A program made the position numbers and the translations under genes. From contig WGFZ01000067.1 in assembly GCA_015491955.1 (NCBI GenBank), positions 8,841 to 72,840 of the forward strand: DNA of 64,000 nt, read 5' to 3'. Positions 18,254 to 29,244 of the stretch are shown in pieces (within the stretch, counting starts at the first letter, position 1; each line of letters opens with the position of its first letter). The DNA comes from Nitratifractor sp. GTDB taxonomy: Bacteria; Campylobacterota; Campylobacteria; Campylobacterales; Sulfurovaceae. Below the pieces are notes generated by a model. It ran no database searches, had not been told where the DNA came from, and saw only the letters and a list, made by a program, of their open reading frames with translations.

Positions 18254-18727
18254 TTAATATATAAGAGGAAAATTTTTATGGTGAAGTTTAAGTCTTTGTG
18301 AATCTATCTTTATCATTTTTACTAAAGCAATCTTTCTCTTTAAAATAAATGTTATCTCCAATGGATAGCTAATACCACTATCAAGTATCAATTGACCCCT
18401 CATATCAATTTTATGATTTATATCTTTAAATCTCTTCCATTTTATCTCTTTACTCTTCTCAAGATTAAATTTTTTAGTAAAATTTACAATCTCTTCTAAA
18501 GATATTTTACCTTTGCCACTAGATAATAGACTCTGTTGAATAGTAGTAAAATCTCTACTTTTAAACTGATATATAAGATTATCACCATAAGAGCGATACT
18601 TAGAGTATTTAAGGGAGACTTCTCTACTACTAGCTCTAGTATAACAGTTTTGAATATATGAATATACAAAAATTATTGGTAAGATTACGACTAAAATATC
18701 AAGAATCCAACCCCATCTAAACACCAC
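18254..18727 (-). CDS. Hypothetical protein with one N-terminal TM helix
   Basis: 157 aa ORF overlapping the upstream gene in the hemL operon; no motif recognised. Confidence 0.55.
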   Translation of the reverse strand: MVFRWGWILDILVVILPIIFVYSYIQNCYTRASSREVSLKYSKYRSYGDNLIYQFKSRDFTTIQQSLLSSGKGKISLEEIVNFTKKFNLEKSKEIKWKRFKDINHKIDMRGQLILDSGISYPLEITFILKRKIALVKMIKIDSQRLKLHHKNFPLIY

Positions 18728-19253
18728 TACTCTTCCCCTCCTCTTGGATAAGAATAAAAAGTATCAATATAATAGGTATTGCTAAAGAGATTAGATAGCT
18801 ACCTATATTAAATAGATGCTGACTTTTTAGAAAGAAAAAACCAGCAACTAAAAGACCATAAGCACCTATACGTAAAAATGAGAATGCTGGAAGTGTATCT
18901 TTTGTAGTTTGTGAAAAAGAGCGTCTCTGTTTTTTAAGAAGTTTTTTCTCATCTTGGATTAACTCTTTTGATGATTTTTGCTCATCTTTATCATTAGATT
19001 CACTATAAAGCTCATAGGGGTCTTCTATCTTATCAATTAAATCTCTATCAATCTGATTTTGTGAAATCCCTCCAACTTCTAGCCGTCTCTTTACCATTAT
19101 TTGATAATTTTTAAATGATGCAAGTACAACTAAAGCACTACTAAAATATGCAACTTCACCACTAACTAATATAGCTCTATTTTCAAAAAATATACCAGCT
19201 AATAGAATAAAAATACTACCACTAAGCAGTATCAAGACTATTTTTAACCTCAC
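18717..19253 (-). CDS. Conserved hypothetical membrane protein (possibly AtpI-like)
   Basis: Four TM segments around a DKIEDPYELY loop; directly after the AtpZ/AtpI gene. Confidence 0.6.
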   Translation of the reverse strand: MRLKIVLILLSGSIFILLAGIFFENRAILVSGEVAYFSSALVVLASFKNYQIMVKRRLEVGGISQNQIDRDLIDKIEDPYELYSESNDKDEQKSSKELIQDEKKLLKKQRRSFSQTTKDTLPAFSFLRIGAYGLLVAGFFFLKSQHLFNIGSYLISLAIPIILILFILIQEEGKSSGV

Positions 19254-19537
19254 CTCTTATCTTCCTCATAATCAAAACGACGACTCTTATAGCGTGGGTC
19301 GTTTGCCAACTCATCAAGAGATGCTTTTTGTTTTTTGTAAGCTATTTGAATATTACGAAAAGCTGCCCCTACTCCAATAAAAACTCCAATCCAAAGTGTC
19401 CAAGTAGCACCTGTAAGCTTTTTAAGTCCCAATCCAATAGCTATACCAATTAAAATAGCTACTACAATTGATATTCCTAGACTCAAATCATTAGCCCCAC
19501 TAACAACCTTTTTTAGTTTTGGTTCACTATCTTGCAT
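19250..19537 (-). CDS. AtpZ/AtpI family protein
   Basis: LSLGISIVVAILIG...WIGVFIGVGAAFRN; two TM helices. Confidence 0.8.
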   Translation of the reverse strand: MQDSEPKLKKVVSGANDLSLGISIVVAILIGIAIGLGLKKLTGATWTLWIGVFIGVGAAFRNIQIAYKKQKASLDELANDPRYKSRRFDYEEDKR

Positions 19538-20832
19538 TACTCTTTCACCGTAATATTTGCCATTACATCTTTAGCAATTTTAATAGTCTCTTCTATAATC
19601 TCATCACTAATTACTGTAGAGATGAATCCAGTCTCATAACTTGAACAAGCTAGATAGACTCCACGCTCTAACATACCGCTATGAAATTGCTTAAAAAATC
19701 TATTATCACCACGTTTGGAATCTTCAAAATTTTTAACAGGAGCATCTGTAAAGAAGAATCCAAACATACTACCACGTACTTGAGTAACTAATGGAAGATT
19801 GTTCTCTTTAGCCCCCTCTTCAAAGCCCTCCATTAGACGTTTTGCACGTCTAGCTAACTCTTCATAGATTTTAGGGTTAGCTTTTAGTTTTTTCAAACTT
19901 GCTAATCCTGCACTCATAGCTACTGGATTTCCACTAAGTGTTCCTGCTTGATATACTGGTCCTTCTGGACTAAGCTCCTTCATAATATCAGCTCTAGCAC
20001 CAAAAGCACCAACAGGCATACCACCACCAATAACCTTACCAAGAGTTACAATATCAGGACGAACATTGGTTAATCCTTGAGCACCTTTAAGTGAAGCCCT
20101 AAAACCACTCATAACCTCATCAAAAATCAATAATGCTCCATATCTATCACAAAGCTCTCTAAGCCCTTGCAAAAACTCATCATCAGCAGGTACAAGCCCC
20201 ATATTCCCAGCAATTGGCTCAACAATTACACAAGCAACACCGCTACTTTGTTCAAAACAACGCTCAACACTCTTTAAATCATTATAGTTTGCTAAGAGTG
20301 TATGCTTAGTTAAATTTGCAGGAACACCAGGGCTACTAGGTGAGCCAAATGTTACAGCTCCACTTCCTGCTTGAACCAATAGACTATCACTATGACCGTG
20401 ATAACAGCCTGTAAATTTGATAAAATCATCACGATTAGTAAATCCACGAGCTAAACGTAAAGCACTCATAACTGCCTCAGTTCCAGAGTTTACAAAACGT
20501 ACCTTATCTATAGAATCGAAAAGCTCTACAATCTCCTTTGCCAATTCTGTCTCTAGTGTAGTTGGAGCTCCAAAACTAAGCCCCTTTTTTGCTGTAGAGA
20601 TAACAGCCTCTTCTATATCACTATCACAATGACCAAAGATTAAAGGTCCCCAACTTTGGACATAATCTATATAACAGTTTCCATCAATATCATATATATA
20701 TGCACCCTCACCTCTATCTATAAATGGAGGTGTTCCACCTACACTTCCAAAAGCTCTAACTGGAGAATCTACACCCCCTGGTATAAATTTTAACGCCTCT
20801 TTAAATGCCTCTTTGCTATTTTCATACCCCAT
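19537..20832 (-). CDS. hemL: Glutamate-1-semialdehyde 2,1-aminomutase
   Basis: [48 protein letters not shown]. Confidence 0.97.
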   Translation of the reverse strand: MGYENSKEAFKEALKFIPGGVDSPVRAFGSVGGTPPFIDRGEGAYIYDIDGNCYIDYVQSWGPLIFGHCDSDIEEAVISTAKKGLSFGAPTTLETELAKEIVELFDSIDKVRFVNSGTEAVMSALRLARGFTNRDDFIKFTGCYHGHSDSLLVQAGSGAVTFGSPSSPGVPANLTKHTLLANYNDLKSVERCFEQSSGVACVIVEPIAGNMGLVPADDEFLQGLRELCDRYGALLIFDEVMSGFRASLKGAQGLTNVRPDIVTLGKVIGGGMPVGAFGARADIMKELSPEGPVYQAGTLSGNPVAMSAGLASLKKLKANPKIYEELARRAKRLMEGFEEGAKENNLPLVTQVRGSMFGFFFTDAPVKNFEDSKRGDNRFFKQFHSGMLERGVYLACSSYETGFISTVISDEIIEETIKIAKDVMANITVKE

Positions 20833-20940
20833 AAAAACCCTTTGGAGATAATTTTATATCTTAAATTTAATAAGATTATACCAATTATCCTAGTAATTTT
20901 TTATGTATCACATAAGTTTAGTGAAGATTTATAAGTTAGA

Positions 20941-21501
20941 TTAGAGTCTTTGTAGTTTTTTTAATGCTATCTTGACAAGAGTAGCTGTGTCTCCTTGCTC
21001 TTTAACTAGAGCTTTGGTAATGGCATCTTTTTTAAATCCTAAACTCTCAAGTGCCATAATTGCTTCATTATAGCTACTACTACTTAGGCTATCTTCTGTA
21101 CTATTTACTATAAACTCTGATAACTCTACCAAGATTCTACTAGCTGATTTTGGGCCAATTCCAGGAACACGTTTTAATAGGCTTACATCTTTGGCATTAA
21201 TAATATTAGCAAATGTCTCAGGGGTAAATGTAGAGCATACAGCTTGAGCTACCTTTGCCCCTACACCATTAATTTTCAAGAGAGTATCAAACATTCTCTT
21301 CTCATCAAAATCTACAAAACCAAAAAGCAAATGGGCATCTTCACGTATTATTTGTGTAGTGTGAAGACGAATTTTATCTTTAGTATTAATGCTATTTGAA
21401 CTATTGATAGAGATATGTATCTCATAAATCAATCCATTTACATTAAGATGTAGTTTAGTTGGCTCTTTTAACTCTACAACTCCCTCAATTCCTACAATCA
21501 T
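20941..21501 (-). CDS. ruvA: Holliday junction branch migration protein RuvA
   Basis: [34 protein letters not shown]. Confidence 0.95.
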   Translation of the reverse strand: MIVGIEGVVELKEPTKLHLNVNGLIYEIHISINSSNSINTKDKIRLHTTQIIREDAHLLFGFVDFDEKRMFDTLLKINGVGAKVAQAVCSTFTPETFANIINAKDVSLLKRVPGIGPKSASRILVELSEFIVNSTEDSLSSSSYNEAIMALESLGFKKDAITKALVKEQGDTATLVKIALKKLQRL

Positions 21502-24335
21502 ATATTATCTCCTAACTCTTTAGATAAATATTCACCTGTATAGCTACCACTATCTCTATATCCTCTAGCCAACTCCTCTGGTGTACCTGTGGCAACAATC
21601 TCACCACCTTTATCTCCACCCTCTAACCCCATATCTATAATATAGTCAGCATTTTTAACCATATCAAGATTATGCTCAATAACAATAACACTATTACCAA
21701 GCTCTGTTAGATGGTGTAAAACAGATGTTAATCTATCTACATCTGCAAAATGAAGCCCTGTTGTAGGTTCATCTAATATATATAGTGTCTGCCCTGTATC
21801 CCTACGACTAAGCTCTTTAGCTAATTTTATGCGTTGTGCCTCTCCTCCTGAGAGTGTTGTTGCATTTTGTCCTAGCTTAATATAATCTAAACCAACATCT
21901 ATCAAAGTTTTAAGCTTAATAGCGATAGTAGGAATTGCTTTGAAAAACTCCATAGCCTCCCCTACACTCATATCTAAAACTTCAGCAATATTTTTACCCT
22001 TATAATAGACCTCTCTTGTTTGCTCATTGTATCTACTACCACTACAAGCATCACAAGTAACCATAACATCTGGTAAAAAGTGCATCTCTATCTTTATCTG
22101 CCCCTCTCCTTGACACTTTTCACAGCGTCCACCCTTAACATTGAAACTAAAACGTCCAATCTTATAGCCTCTAAGTTGAGCCTCTTTAGTTTGGGAAAAT
22201 AGCTTACGAATCTCGTCCATTACTCCTGTATATGTAGCTGGATTTGAGCGAGGGGTTCTACCTATTGGACTTTGGTCAAGGTATATAACCTTATCAAGAT
22301 ACTCCAATCCATCAATCTCTACACCTTCAACACGATTTATCTTCTTTGCACGATTTAATATCTCTCTAGCTGTTGGTAAAAGCGTCTGAAGAATAAGAGA
22401 GCTTTTACCACTTCCACTTACACCTGTAACACATACAAAATTTCCTAATGGAATTTTGGTTGATAGATTTTTAATATTGTTAATTGTTACATTTCTAATC
22501 TCAAGCCACTTATCTTTTTCTCTTTTTGCGTGTGTATATTTAATATCTCTTTTGCCATATAGATAATCAGCAGTAAGAGTTTTAGCTCTTTTTAGTTTTG
22601 CAGGAGTCCCAGAAAATACAATCTCTCCACCAAACTCCCCCGCACCAGGACCAATATCTATAATATAATCAGCCGATAGAATCGTCTCTTTATCGTGTTC
22701 AACAACAATAACACTATTTCCCTTATCACGTAGAGAGTGGAGAGTACGAATTAGCTTTAAGGTATCACGCTCGTGAAGTCCAATACTTGGCTCATCAAGT
22801 ACATACATAACACCTGTCAATCCTGAGCCAATTTGACTAGCGATACGAATACGTTGAGCCTCTCCTCCACTAATTGTTCTAGCATCACGGCTTAGAGTCA
22901 AATATCCAAGTCCCACATCATATAAAAAGAAGAGTCGCTCTTTTATCTCCTTTAAAATTGATTCAGCTATAAGCCTCTCTTGCTTAGTTAAGTGAGAGAA
23001 GTTTTCATCTTTATTAAAATAACTATAGCTCTGTTCAATTGGCATATTTATAATATCTGCAATATTCTTATCATTAATCTTAACAGCTAAAGAGCGAGGG
23101 CGAAGTCGATTACCATTACACTTATCACAGAGCTTCTCAGTCATATACTCAGCTAAATCTTTCTCATCACTAAGCATCTCATAGGCAAATTTAATAACTC
23201 CTTGCCACTCTCTTTTTAGCTTATGACGTTTCCAAGTAAAATTTACACTCTTATCTCCAACTCCATATAAAATCTGTTTTTGTTGATGAGTGGCTAACTC
23301 CTCCCAAGCCACATTAGTAGGTATCTCATTTTGCTCACAAAATCCTAAAAGAAACTTACTATAATAGCTCTTATTAAAGCCGTGCATAATCTTTACAGCT
23401 CCATTAGAGATTGTTTTAGAAGAGTCTATAATCTTACTCATATCAAGTGTATAAGCAATTCCTAAGCCATCACAAGCAGGACAAGCACCCTTAGGGGAGT
23501 TAAATGAGAAGCTAACAGGCTCTAGTGGCTCAAAACTCAATTTACAATCAAAACAAGCTAAATGCTCAGAGTAGTGAAAATCTTTTCTATCTAAAGAAAT
23601 ATCTTTATAGTTTAAAACCTCAATCTCAACTTCACCATAGCTTTGGTTTAATGCCTTCTCTATATCTTGAGCTATTCGCTCTTTTGAATCATCTTTTACT
23701 ACTACTCTATCTACAACAACTTTTATTGTGTGCTTTTTATTTTTTCCAAGCTCTATCTCATCATCTAAGCGAACCATCACACCATCAATCATAGCTCTAA
23801 CATAACCTTTATGTTGTAGAGATTCGATTAAATCGGCAAAAGTTCCCTTCTTCTCTTTAACTAAGGGAGCCATAATAATAAGTTTAGCACCATCTGGCAG
23901 ACGGAGTACTTCGGTGATAATATCACTAGCACTCATCTTAGATATTGGCTTACCACAATGGTGGCAGTGTTGTTTGCCTATTCGAGCAAAAAATAGACGT
24001 AAATAATCATATATCTCTGTAATTGTTCCAACTGTTGAGCGTGGATTTTTTGAAGTGGTCTTTTGATCAATTGCAATAGCTGGAGTAAGTCCCTCAATCT
24101 TTTCAACCTTTGGCTTTCCTACACGACCTAAAAACTGTCTAGCATAGGAGCTAAGAGACTCTATATAACGCCTTTGTCCCTCTGCATATAAGGTACTAAA
24201 TGCTAAAGTAGATTTTCCACTTCCACTAATACCAGTAATTACAACCATCTTATTTTTTGGGATTTGAACATCAATATTTTTTAAATTGTGTTCACTAGCA
24301 CCTTTTACATCAATAATATTATGTTTTTTACTCAT
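21498..24335 (-). CDS. uvrA: Excinuclease ABC subunit A
   Basis: Two Walker A motifs ([16 protein letters not shown]), zinc fingers, LSGGEAQR. Confidence 0.98.
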   Translation of the reverse strand: MSKKHNIIDVKGASEHNLKNIDVQIPKNKMVVITGISGSGKSTLAFSTLYAEGQRRYIESLSSYARQFLGRVGKPKVEKIEGLTPAIAIDQKTTSKNPRSTVGTITEIYDYLRLFFARIGKQHCHHCGKPISKMSASDIITEVLRLPDGAKLIIMAPLVKEKKGTFADLIESLQHKGYVRAMIDGVMVRLDDEIELGKNKKHTIKVVVDRVVVKDDSKERIAQDIEKALNQSYGEVEIEVLNYKDISLDRKDFHYSEHLACFDCKLSFEPLEPVSFSFNSPKGACPACDGLGIAYTLDMSKIIDSSKTISNGAVKIMHGFNKSYYSKFLLGFCEQNEIPTNVAWEELATHQQKQILYGVGDKSVNFTWKRHKLKREWQGVIKFAYEMLSDEKDLAEYMTEKLCDKCNGNRLRPRSLAVKINDKNIADIINMPIEQSYSYFNKDENFSHLTKQERLIAESILKEIKERLFFLYDVGLGYLTLSRDARTISGGEAQRIRIASQIGSGLTGVMYVLDEPSIGLHERDTLKLIRTLHSLRDKGNSVIVVEHDKETILSADYIIDIGPGAGEFGGEIVFSGTPAKLKRAKTLTADYLYGKRDIKYTHAKREKDKWLEIRNVTINNIKNLSTKIPLGNFVCVTGVSGSGKSSLILQTLLPTAREILNRAKKINRVEGVEIDGLEYLDKVIYLDQSPIGRTPRSNPATYTGVMDEIRKLFSQTKEAQLRGYKIGRFSFNVKGGRCEKCQGEGQIKIEMHFLPDVMVTCDACSGSRYNEQTREVYYKGKNIAEVLDMSVGEAMEFFKAIPTIAIKLKTLIDVGLDYIKLGQNATTLSGGEAQRIKLAKELSRRDTGQTLYILDEPTTGLHFADVDRLTSVLHHLTELGNSVIVIEHNLDMVKNADYIIDMGLEGGDKGGEIVATGTPEELARGYRDSGSYTGEYLSKELGDNI

Positions 24336-24354
24336 CTATCCTCTTAAAAATAGT

Positions 24355-25305
24355 CTATTTATTTACAAAAAAGAGTTGTTTAGTATTACACTCTTCACAG
24401 ATTTTATAAAACTTATCTCCCTCTTTTGAAATTTTCATCTTTTTATTACACTTTGGACAATACTCTTTTATTCCTGTATTTCCATTACAATCTTTACATT
24501 TAAAGTAGTAACCATATTTCCCATAAGTTATATATATATTGGAGCTTTTACACTTTGAGCAAGTAAGAGTATTTTTAGATTTATCTACTCTTTTAGATAC
24601 TTTTTTAGTATTAATAGCATCTATTTTACTCTTTTGAAGAGAATTTTTAGTAGTCTCTCTTCTCTTATGCTTATCTTTAAGAAATCTTCCAATTCGTTTT
24701 AATGAATCATCTCCTAGACGTTTAGGAATTTTAAGAGGATTTAAAGAGTTAAAATCACTATAATAGCCATCTATAAGCTCTCTTATATCTCTAGGAATAT
24801 TATCAGCTTTTAATACGATATTAGACTCAAAGCCATCTCTATTAACAATACCACTATCAGAGATAGCTATAAAAATATCAAACTTTAAATCTTCATAATT
24901 GGCTTTAAAAAATTTATTAATTAAATTTTGTTTGAAAAGATTTTTTCCATATCTATTAAGATACTTAAGTAAAAACTTCTTTTGTCTATTTGCTTGTTCA
25001 ATAGGAGAAGCTATTCCCATCTCTTTACCGTCATAAATTCGACTCCACTCACCATATTTATTAACTTTAATAGTACCTACTACACTTTTAGATTCAATAA
25101 TAATAAAACCAAATGGGTGGATAAGGAGTGTATCAATCTGAGCCACATCATCTTCATCAACTAATCTAAGGTCATTGATAATATATATATCCTTACTATC
25201 TCCAAACTCTCGTTTTAGATAAAAAGCCATTTGACGCTCAGCTTTATCCCCTGCTATCTCATATTTATTCTCTAATGGTTGTCTATCTTTATCTTTTAAA
25301 ATCAT
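24355..25305 (-). CDS. NERD nuclease-domain protein with C-terminal C4 zinc ribbons
   Basis: GDKAE, QIDTLLI...IIESKS, SPIEQ; four CxxC pairs (CSKC, CKDC, CPKC, CEEC). Confidence 0.85.
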   Translation of the reverse strand: MILKDKDRQPLENKYEIAGDKAERQMAFYLKREFGDSKDIYIINDLRLVDEDDVAQIDTLLIHPFGFIIIESKSVVGTIKVNKYGEWSRIYDGKEMGIASPIEQANRQKKFLLKYLNRYGKNLFKQNLINKFFKANYEDLKFDIFIAISDSGIVNRDGFESNIVLKADNIPRDIRELIDGYYSDFNSLNPLKIPKRLGDDSLKRIGRFLKDKHKRRETTKNSLQKSKIDAINTKKVSKRVDKSKNTLTCSKCKSSNIYITYGKYGYYFKCKDCNGNTGIKEYCPKCNKKMKISKEGDKFYKICEECNTKQLFFVNK

Positions 25306-25316
25306 TTTTATAACCT

Positions 25317-26063
25317 CTATTTAGAAAAAAACATCTTATAGACCATAACCATCAAAATTATTAAATACATTATGGTAATAAAACGTTTATGTTGATGATT
25401 ATCAACTCTCTCTTTGAGTAAAACTCCCAAATATACCCCTACTAAAGAGCCAAGACCTATAATAGTTCCATTTAATAAATCTATTTGAGAGTGCATCAAT
25501 CTACCAATAAACCCAGCAACTGAGGAGAATACTACAAAAAATAGACCCGCACTTACTGCTTTTTTAACAGGATAGTGAAGAAGCCCAGATAGTAGAGGAA
25601 TTAAAATTATAGCTCCACCTACTCCAATACTAACAGCAATAACTCCTATTCCAACTCCAATTATAAATAGTAGCCATTTAGATAATGTTTTAGAGGAACT
25701 ATTATCAATATGTGTCTTAGAGAAGAACATACGAAGTAGGGCAAATAGAACAAAGCCTATAAAGATAATTTGAAGTACTCTATCAGGAATAAGTGGACTC
25801 AAGTATCCACTCAAATAACCACCTAAAAATCCTCCAAATCCTACAAAAAGCCCCTCACCAAACTCAAGTGTTCCCTTTTTTATATTTAGATATGAGCCAT
25901 AGATAGAGCTAAATACCATCTGCATAATAGATATTCCAACAGCGTGTTTAAAATCAAAACCCATCAAAAGAAGAACTGGTACTAATACTGTCCCACCACC
26001 AATTCCAAAAAATCCTGAGAGTGTTCCAATACCACTACCAACTAATGCTAAAAGTATTTCCAT
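25317..26063 (-). CDS. Sulfite exporter TauE/SafE family protein
   Basis: SGFFGIGGG..LVP and GVGGA..IP repeats; about 8 TM helices. Confidence 0.9.
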   Translation of the reverse strand: MEILLALVGSGIGTLSGFFGIGGGTVLVPVLLLMGFDFKHAVGISIMQMVFSSIYGSYLNIKKGTLEFGEGLFVGFGGFLGGYLSGYLSPLIPDRVLQIIFIGFVLFALLRMFFSKTHIDNSSSKTLSKWLLFIIGVGIGVIAVSIGVGGAIILIPLLSGLLHYPVKKAVSAGLFFVVFSSVAGFIGRLMHSQIDLLNGTIIGLGSLVGVYLGVLLKERVDNHQHKRFITIMYLIILMVMVYKMFFSK

Positions 26064-26143
26064 CTTTTTCCTAATTTTAAAAATGGATAATTATACCATT
26101 AACTATTATCTAAATAATTCTCAAGCTTTGCTATAATTGAGTT

Positions 26144-26794
26144 ATGAAAATATTATCAAAAATTATTGTGGTTTCTAGTGTATTGAGTGTTGGGGCGTTT
26201 GCTAAGTATCAAGCATCGATATCCCCTATTAACAAAAAGATTGAACAGCGTATGCGTCAAGGTAACTCCTATAGAGATGGTTGTCCTGTTAATCTAAAAA
26301 ATCTTCGTTATCTAAGATTGACATATTTAGGTTTTGATGGAAAAGAGCATATAGGAGAGATGGTTGTAAATAGAGCTGTTGCTAGTGATGTAGTATCTAT
26401 TTTTAAGACACTATATGAGCATCACTATCCAATTCGTAAGATCTATTTAGTTAGTCGTTACAATGGAGATGATTTTCGCTCCATAGAAGCAGATAATACA
26501 TCTGCTTTTAACTGCCGTCAAGCAACAGGTAGTAAGAAGTGGTCAAATCACGCTTATGGGAGAGCAATAGACCTAAATCCTCTTGAAAATCCATATATCT
26601 CTCACAATGGCTATATAGCACATAAAGCCTCTTTAAAATATCGTACTAGAAGACATCTAAACAATAGGACTCCCCAAGATAAAGCATTGGTAGTTTCAGG
26701 TGATTTTGTAGTAAATATATTTAAGAGACATGGTTGGAAATGGGGTGGAGATTGGCATAGCATTAAAGACTATCAACACTTTGAAAAGAGATAA
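26144..26794 (+). CDS. M15 family metallopeptidase (peptidoglycan carboxy/endopeptidase)
   Basis: Signal peptide; NTSAFNCR, SNHAYGRAIDLNP, WGGDW..KDYQHFE. Confidence 0.9.
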   Translation: MKILSKIIVVSSVLSVGAFAKYQASISPINKKIEQRMRQGNSYRDGCPVNLKNLRYLRLTYLGFDGKEHIGEMVVNRAVASDVVSIFKTLYEHHYPIRKIYLVSRYNGDDFRSIEADNTSAFNCRQATGSKKWSNHAYGRAIDLNPLENPYISHNGYIAHKASLKYRTRRHLNNRTPQDKALVVSGDFVVNIFKRHGWKWGGDWHSIKDYQHFEKR

Positions 26795-26801
26795 AGAACT
26801 A

Positions 26802-26817
26802 CACCCTAAAAAGGGTG
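26802..26817. terminator. Hairpin between convergent genes
   Basis: CACCCT-aaaa-AGGGTG. Confidence 0.5.
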
Positions 26818-26827
26818 ATAGATAAAT

Positions 26828-27415
26828 TTAATACATCTGTATGTATCTAGCGTAAACCCAACCTACAAGGTTGTTATAACGAACTTCACACCAACGACCT
26901 AAACAGCGTATAACTTGAAGTCCACTATCTCCTAAATGAAGAGAGTCAATTTGTGCATATCCAGTTCCAGGCCCTGTACGTACAGCTAAAAATCCATACG
27001 GTCGTATATTTACAACTCTAGCATATCCAAGTATGGTATTACCATTATTAACAGGAGTAGCTGTAGCTGGTGGTACTGTAGCTTGAATAGGTGTAGGAGC
27101 TACATACTGCCCACTACAACCTTTTCTTGCCTCCCAACTCTTAATAATCTCTACCTCTCTTGATTCTGCACTATTGAGACGACCATAGGGGGGAAAACAT
27201 CTTCTTCCAAAAATAGAGACAGCTTTAGCACTAGAAAAACAATAACCCTTACTTGCATATATAGAGTTACGAGCATACCACAAATCATAACAACCCATAG
27301 AGGCATAACTACTAGAACCTCCACTACTACCTCCATCTGTTACAGTCCAATCTCCCGCATTAATATCTATTACAAATGTTACAACTAACGATAATATTAG
27401 TAAAACCTTTCTCAT
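26828..27415 (-). CDS. Secreted YARHG-domain + SH3b-domain protein
   Basis: CYDLWYARNSIYASKGYCF (YARHG-like); Pro/Thr linker; LAVRTGPGTGY...WCEV...GWV SH3b. Confidence 0.8.
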   Translation of the reverse strand: MRKVLLILSLVVTFVIDINAGDWTVTDGGSSGGSSSYASMGCYDLWYARNSIYASKGYCFSSAKAVSIFGRRCFPPYGRLNSAESREVEIIKSWEARKGCSGQYVAPTPIQATVPPATATPVNNGNTILGYARVVNIRPYGFLAVRTGPGTGYAQIDSLHLGDSGLQVIRCLGRWCEVRYNNLVGWVYARYIQMY

Positions 27416-27493
27416 TTTTTCCTCCTTCTTAAAGTATAAATTAGAATATCATAGTTAAGTAAATCTTAAAGTTTAATAAAAAAATTTTAAATA

Positions 27494-27892
27494 CTACTTT
27501 TCAATTATTATATTACGTGGAAATGTATCAAAGAGCATATTTGCAACATCATTTGCATCTTTTTCAGATATGACACTCTTCATAGAAGGCATCAGACCAT
27601 AACGATCAATAGATGGACAAATGGCCTTATCTATACTAGGATTTAAAATATAATCTTTAATAAATTTAACTGCATCTTCACGAATGGGATATCTCTCTTT
27701 AACTCTAAACATAACATCTTCTATAGATGGTCCAAGTAGTAAATTTTGATTAGACTTTTTTGAAGAGTCTGTTGTATGACAAAATTGGCATTTACTACTA
27801 AATACTCCTAGTCCATCTAAAGAGCTTTGGGCAAAAATAACTCCTCCTGCTAATATAAATAGAAAAGATAATTTCATAATTGATATTTCCAT
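27494..27892 (-). CDS. Monoheme c-type cytochrome
   Basis: Signal peptide, CQFCH, distal Met in GLMPS. Confidence 0.85.
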   Translation of the reverse strand: MEISIMKLSFLFILAGGVIFAQSSLDGLGVFSSKCQFCHTTDSSKKSNQNLLLGPSIEDVMFRVKERYPIREDAVKFIKDYILNPSIDKAICPSIDRYGLMPSMKSVISEKDANDVANMLFDTFPRNIIIEK

Positions 27893-28071
27893 TATTGACT
27901 CCTATAAAATACTCTCTTAATCTAAAGTGCTAGAATATTAGCAGAGCTTTCTATACCAATGATGAATCAAAAATCTATTTATATAAAATCTAAAAAAGTT
28001 AAAAAATCTGCTATTATTTATATAGTAAAAGATAGGATATATTTTTCAAAATTATCTGAAAGTTGGTGTTA

Positions 28072-28671
28072 ATGCGTTGGATTATAGATAAATCTTTTGA
28101 CTTTTGCTATGGGCATAGAGTATGGTCTCAAAGTTTAAAAAAAGAGTATAGCCTTGATGAGTGTCTTATGTGCCGACACCTTCACGGACATCAAGGACGA
28201 CTTAAAATATTTCTATCCTCTAATAGTTTAAATAGAGGTATGGTAACAGACTTTAAACACCTTAATTGGTTTAAAGAGTGGCTTGATGCTACTTTAGATC
28301 ATAAATTTATAATAGACAAAAATGACCCACTATTTTTTGATTTGATGAGTCATTATATAGACGATAAAGGAAAAATGGACGAGAGTAAATTTTTTGTACA
28401 AGATGAGGGATATTGGAGACCAAGACTAGAGTATCTAAGTGATACTCCATTAGCTTTGATAGAGAAGTATGAGGGTATGGTTGTTGTTGATTTTGTGCCT
28501 ACAAGTGAGAATATTACCACTTGGATATTAAAAATAATAAAAGAGAAAATGAAGGGATTGGAGGTTGAAATTGAAGCTGTAGAGTTTTGGGAAACTCCTA
28601 AATCTCATTGTAGAGTAGAGTCCCTTAGCTCTTATATGATAAAATCCTCCGAAAATACTTTTAAAGGATAG
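28072..28671 (+). CDS. queD: 6-carboxytetrahydropterin synthase
   Basis: FCYGHRV, CRHLHGH, MVTDF, LDH, PTSEN, WETP; ATG 28072 preferred over TTG 28063. Confidence 0.9.
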   Translation: MRWIIDKSFDFCYGHRVWSQSLKKEYSLDECLMCRHLHGHQGRLKIFLSSNSLNRGMVTDFKHLNWFKEWLDATLDHKFIIDKNDPLFFDLMSHYIDDKGKMDESKFFVQDEGYWRPRLEYLSDTPLALIEKYEGMVVVDFVPTSENITTWILKIIKEKMKGLEVEIEAVEFWETPKSHCRVESLSSYMIKSSENTFKG

Positions 28672-28673
28672 AT

Positions 28674-29198
28674 ATGGATATTAGTAAAATTGGAGCTGGA
28701 GAAGTACCAAATGCAGTTAAAGCAATTATTGAAGTACCTTATGGTTCTAATGTAAAGTATGAATTAGATAAAGATAGTGGTGCAATTGAGGTAGATCGTG
28801 TGATGTATTCAGCAATGTTTTATCCTGCAAATTACGGTTTTGTAGCAAATACACTTAGTGATGATGGTGATCCTGCTGATATTCTTGTAATTAGCGAATA
28901 TCCTCTATACCCTGCCTCTTATATAAAGTGTAGATTAATTGGTGTTTTAATGATGGAAGATGAGAGTGGTATAGATGAGAAACTTATCGCTGTTCCTACA
29001 GAAAAGATAGACCCAAATTATAAAGACATTCAAAATATAGATGATTTACCAGAACATACGCTAAAGAAAATAAAAAACTTCTTTGAAACTTACAAAATGC
29101 TTGAGCCAAATAAATGGGTAAAAGTTACTGGATTTGAAGGAAAAGATAAAGCTACTGAAATACTTGAGAGTGCTATAGCAAACTATCAACAAGCATAA
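28674..29198 (+). CDS. ppa: Inorganic pyrophosphatase (family I)
   Basis: KYELDK, YPANYG, DGDPAD, FFETYK. Confidence 0.97.
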   Translation: MDISKIGAGEVPNAVKAIIEVPYGSNVKYELDKDSGAIEVDRVMYSAMFYPANYGFVANTLSDDGDPADILVISEYPLYPASYIKCRLIGVLMMEDESGIDEKLIAVPTEKIDPNYKDIQNIDDLPEHTLKKIKNFFETYKMLEPNKWVKVTGFEGKDKATEILESAIANYQQA

Positions 29199-29201
29199 CT
29201 C

Positions 29202-29221
29202 TAAAGCCAAATAAGGCTTTA
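29202..29221. terminator. Hairpin between convergent genes
   Basis: TAAAGCC-aaataa-GGCTTTA. Confidence 0.55.
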
Positions 29222-29244
29222 AGGGTTGAGAACTATGATTGCTT

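Noticed and set aside
19250-19537. atpZ/atpI-like and atpB genes separated from the rest of the atp operon
   Set aside because: Split atp loci are normal in Campylobacterota
26082-26100. AATGG-N9-CCATT palindrome resembling a Fur-type box
   Set aside because: Largely explained by the TGgTATAAT promoter of the tauE gene on the minus strand; weak match to the Fur consensus
27893-28071. Possible preQ1 riboswitch upstream of queD
   Set aside because: No recognisable preQ1 stem or conserved core; AT-rich divergent promoter region only
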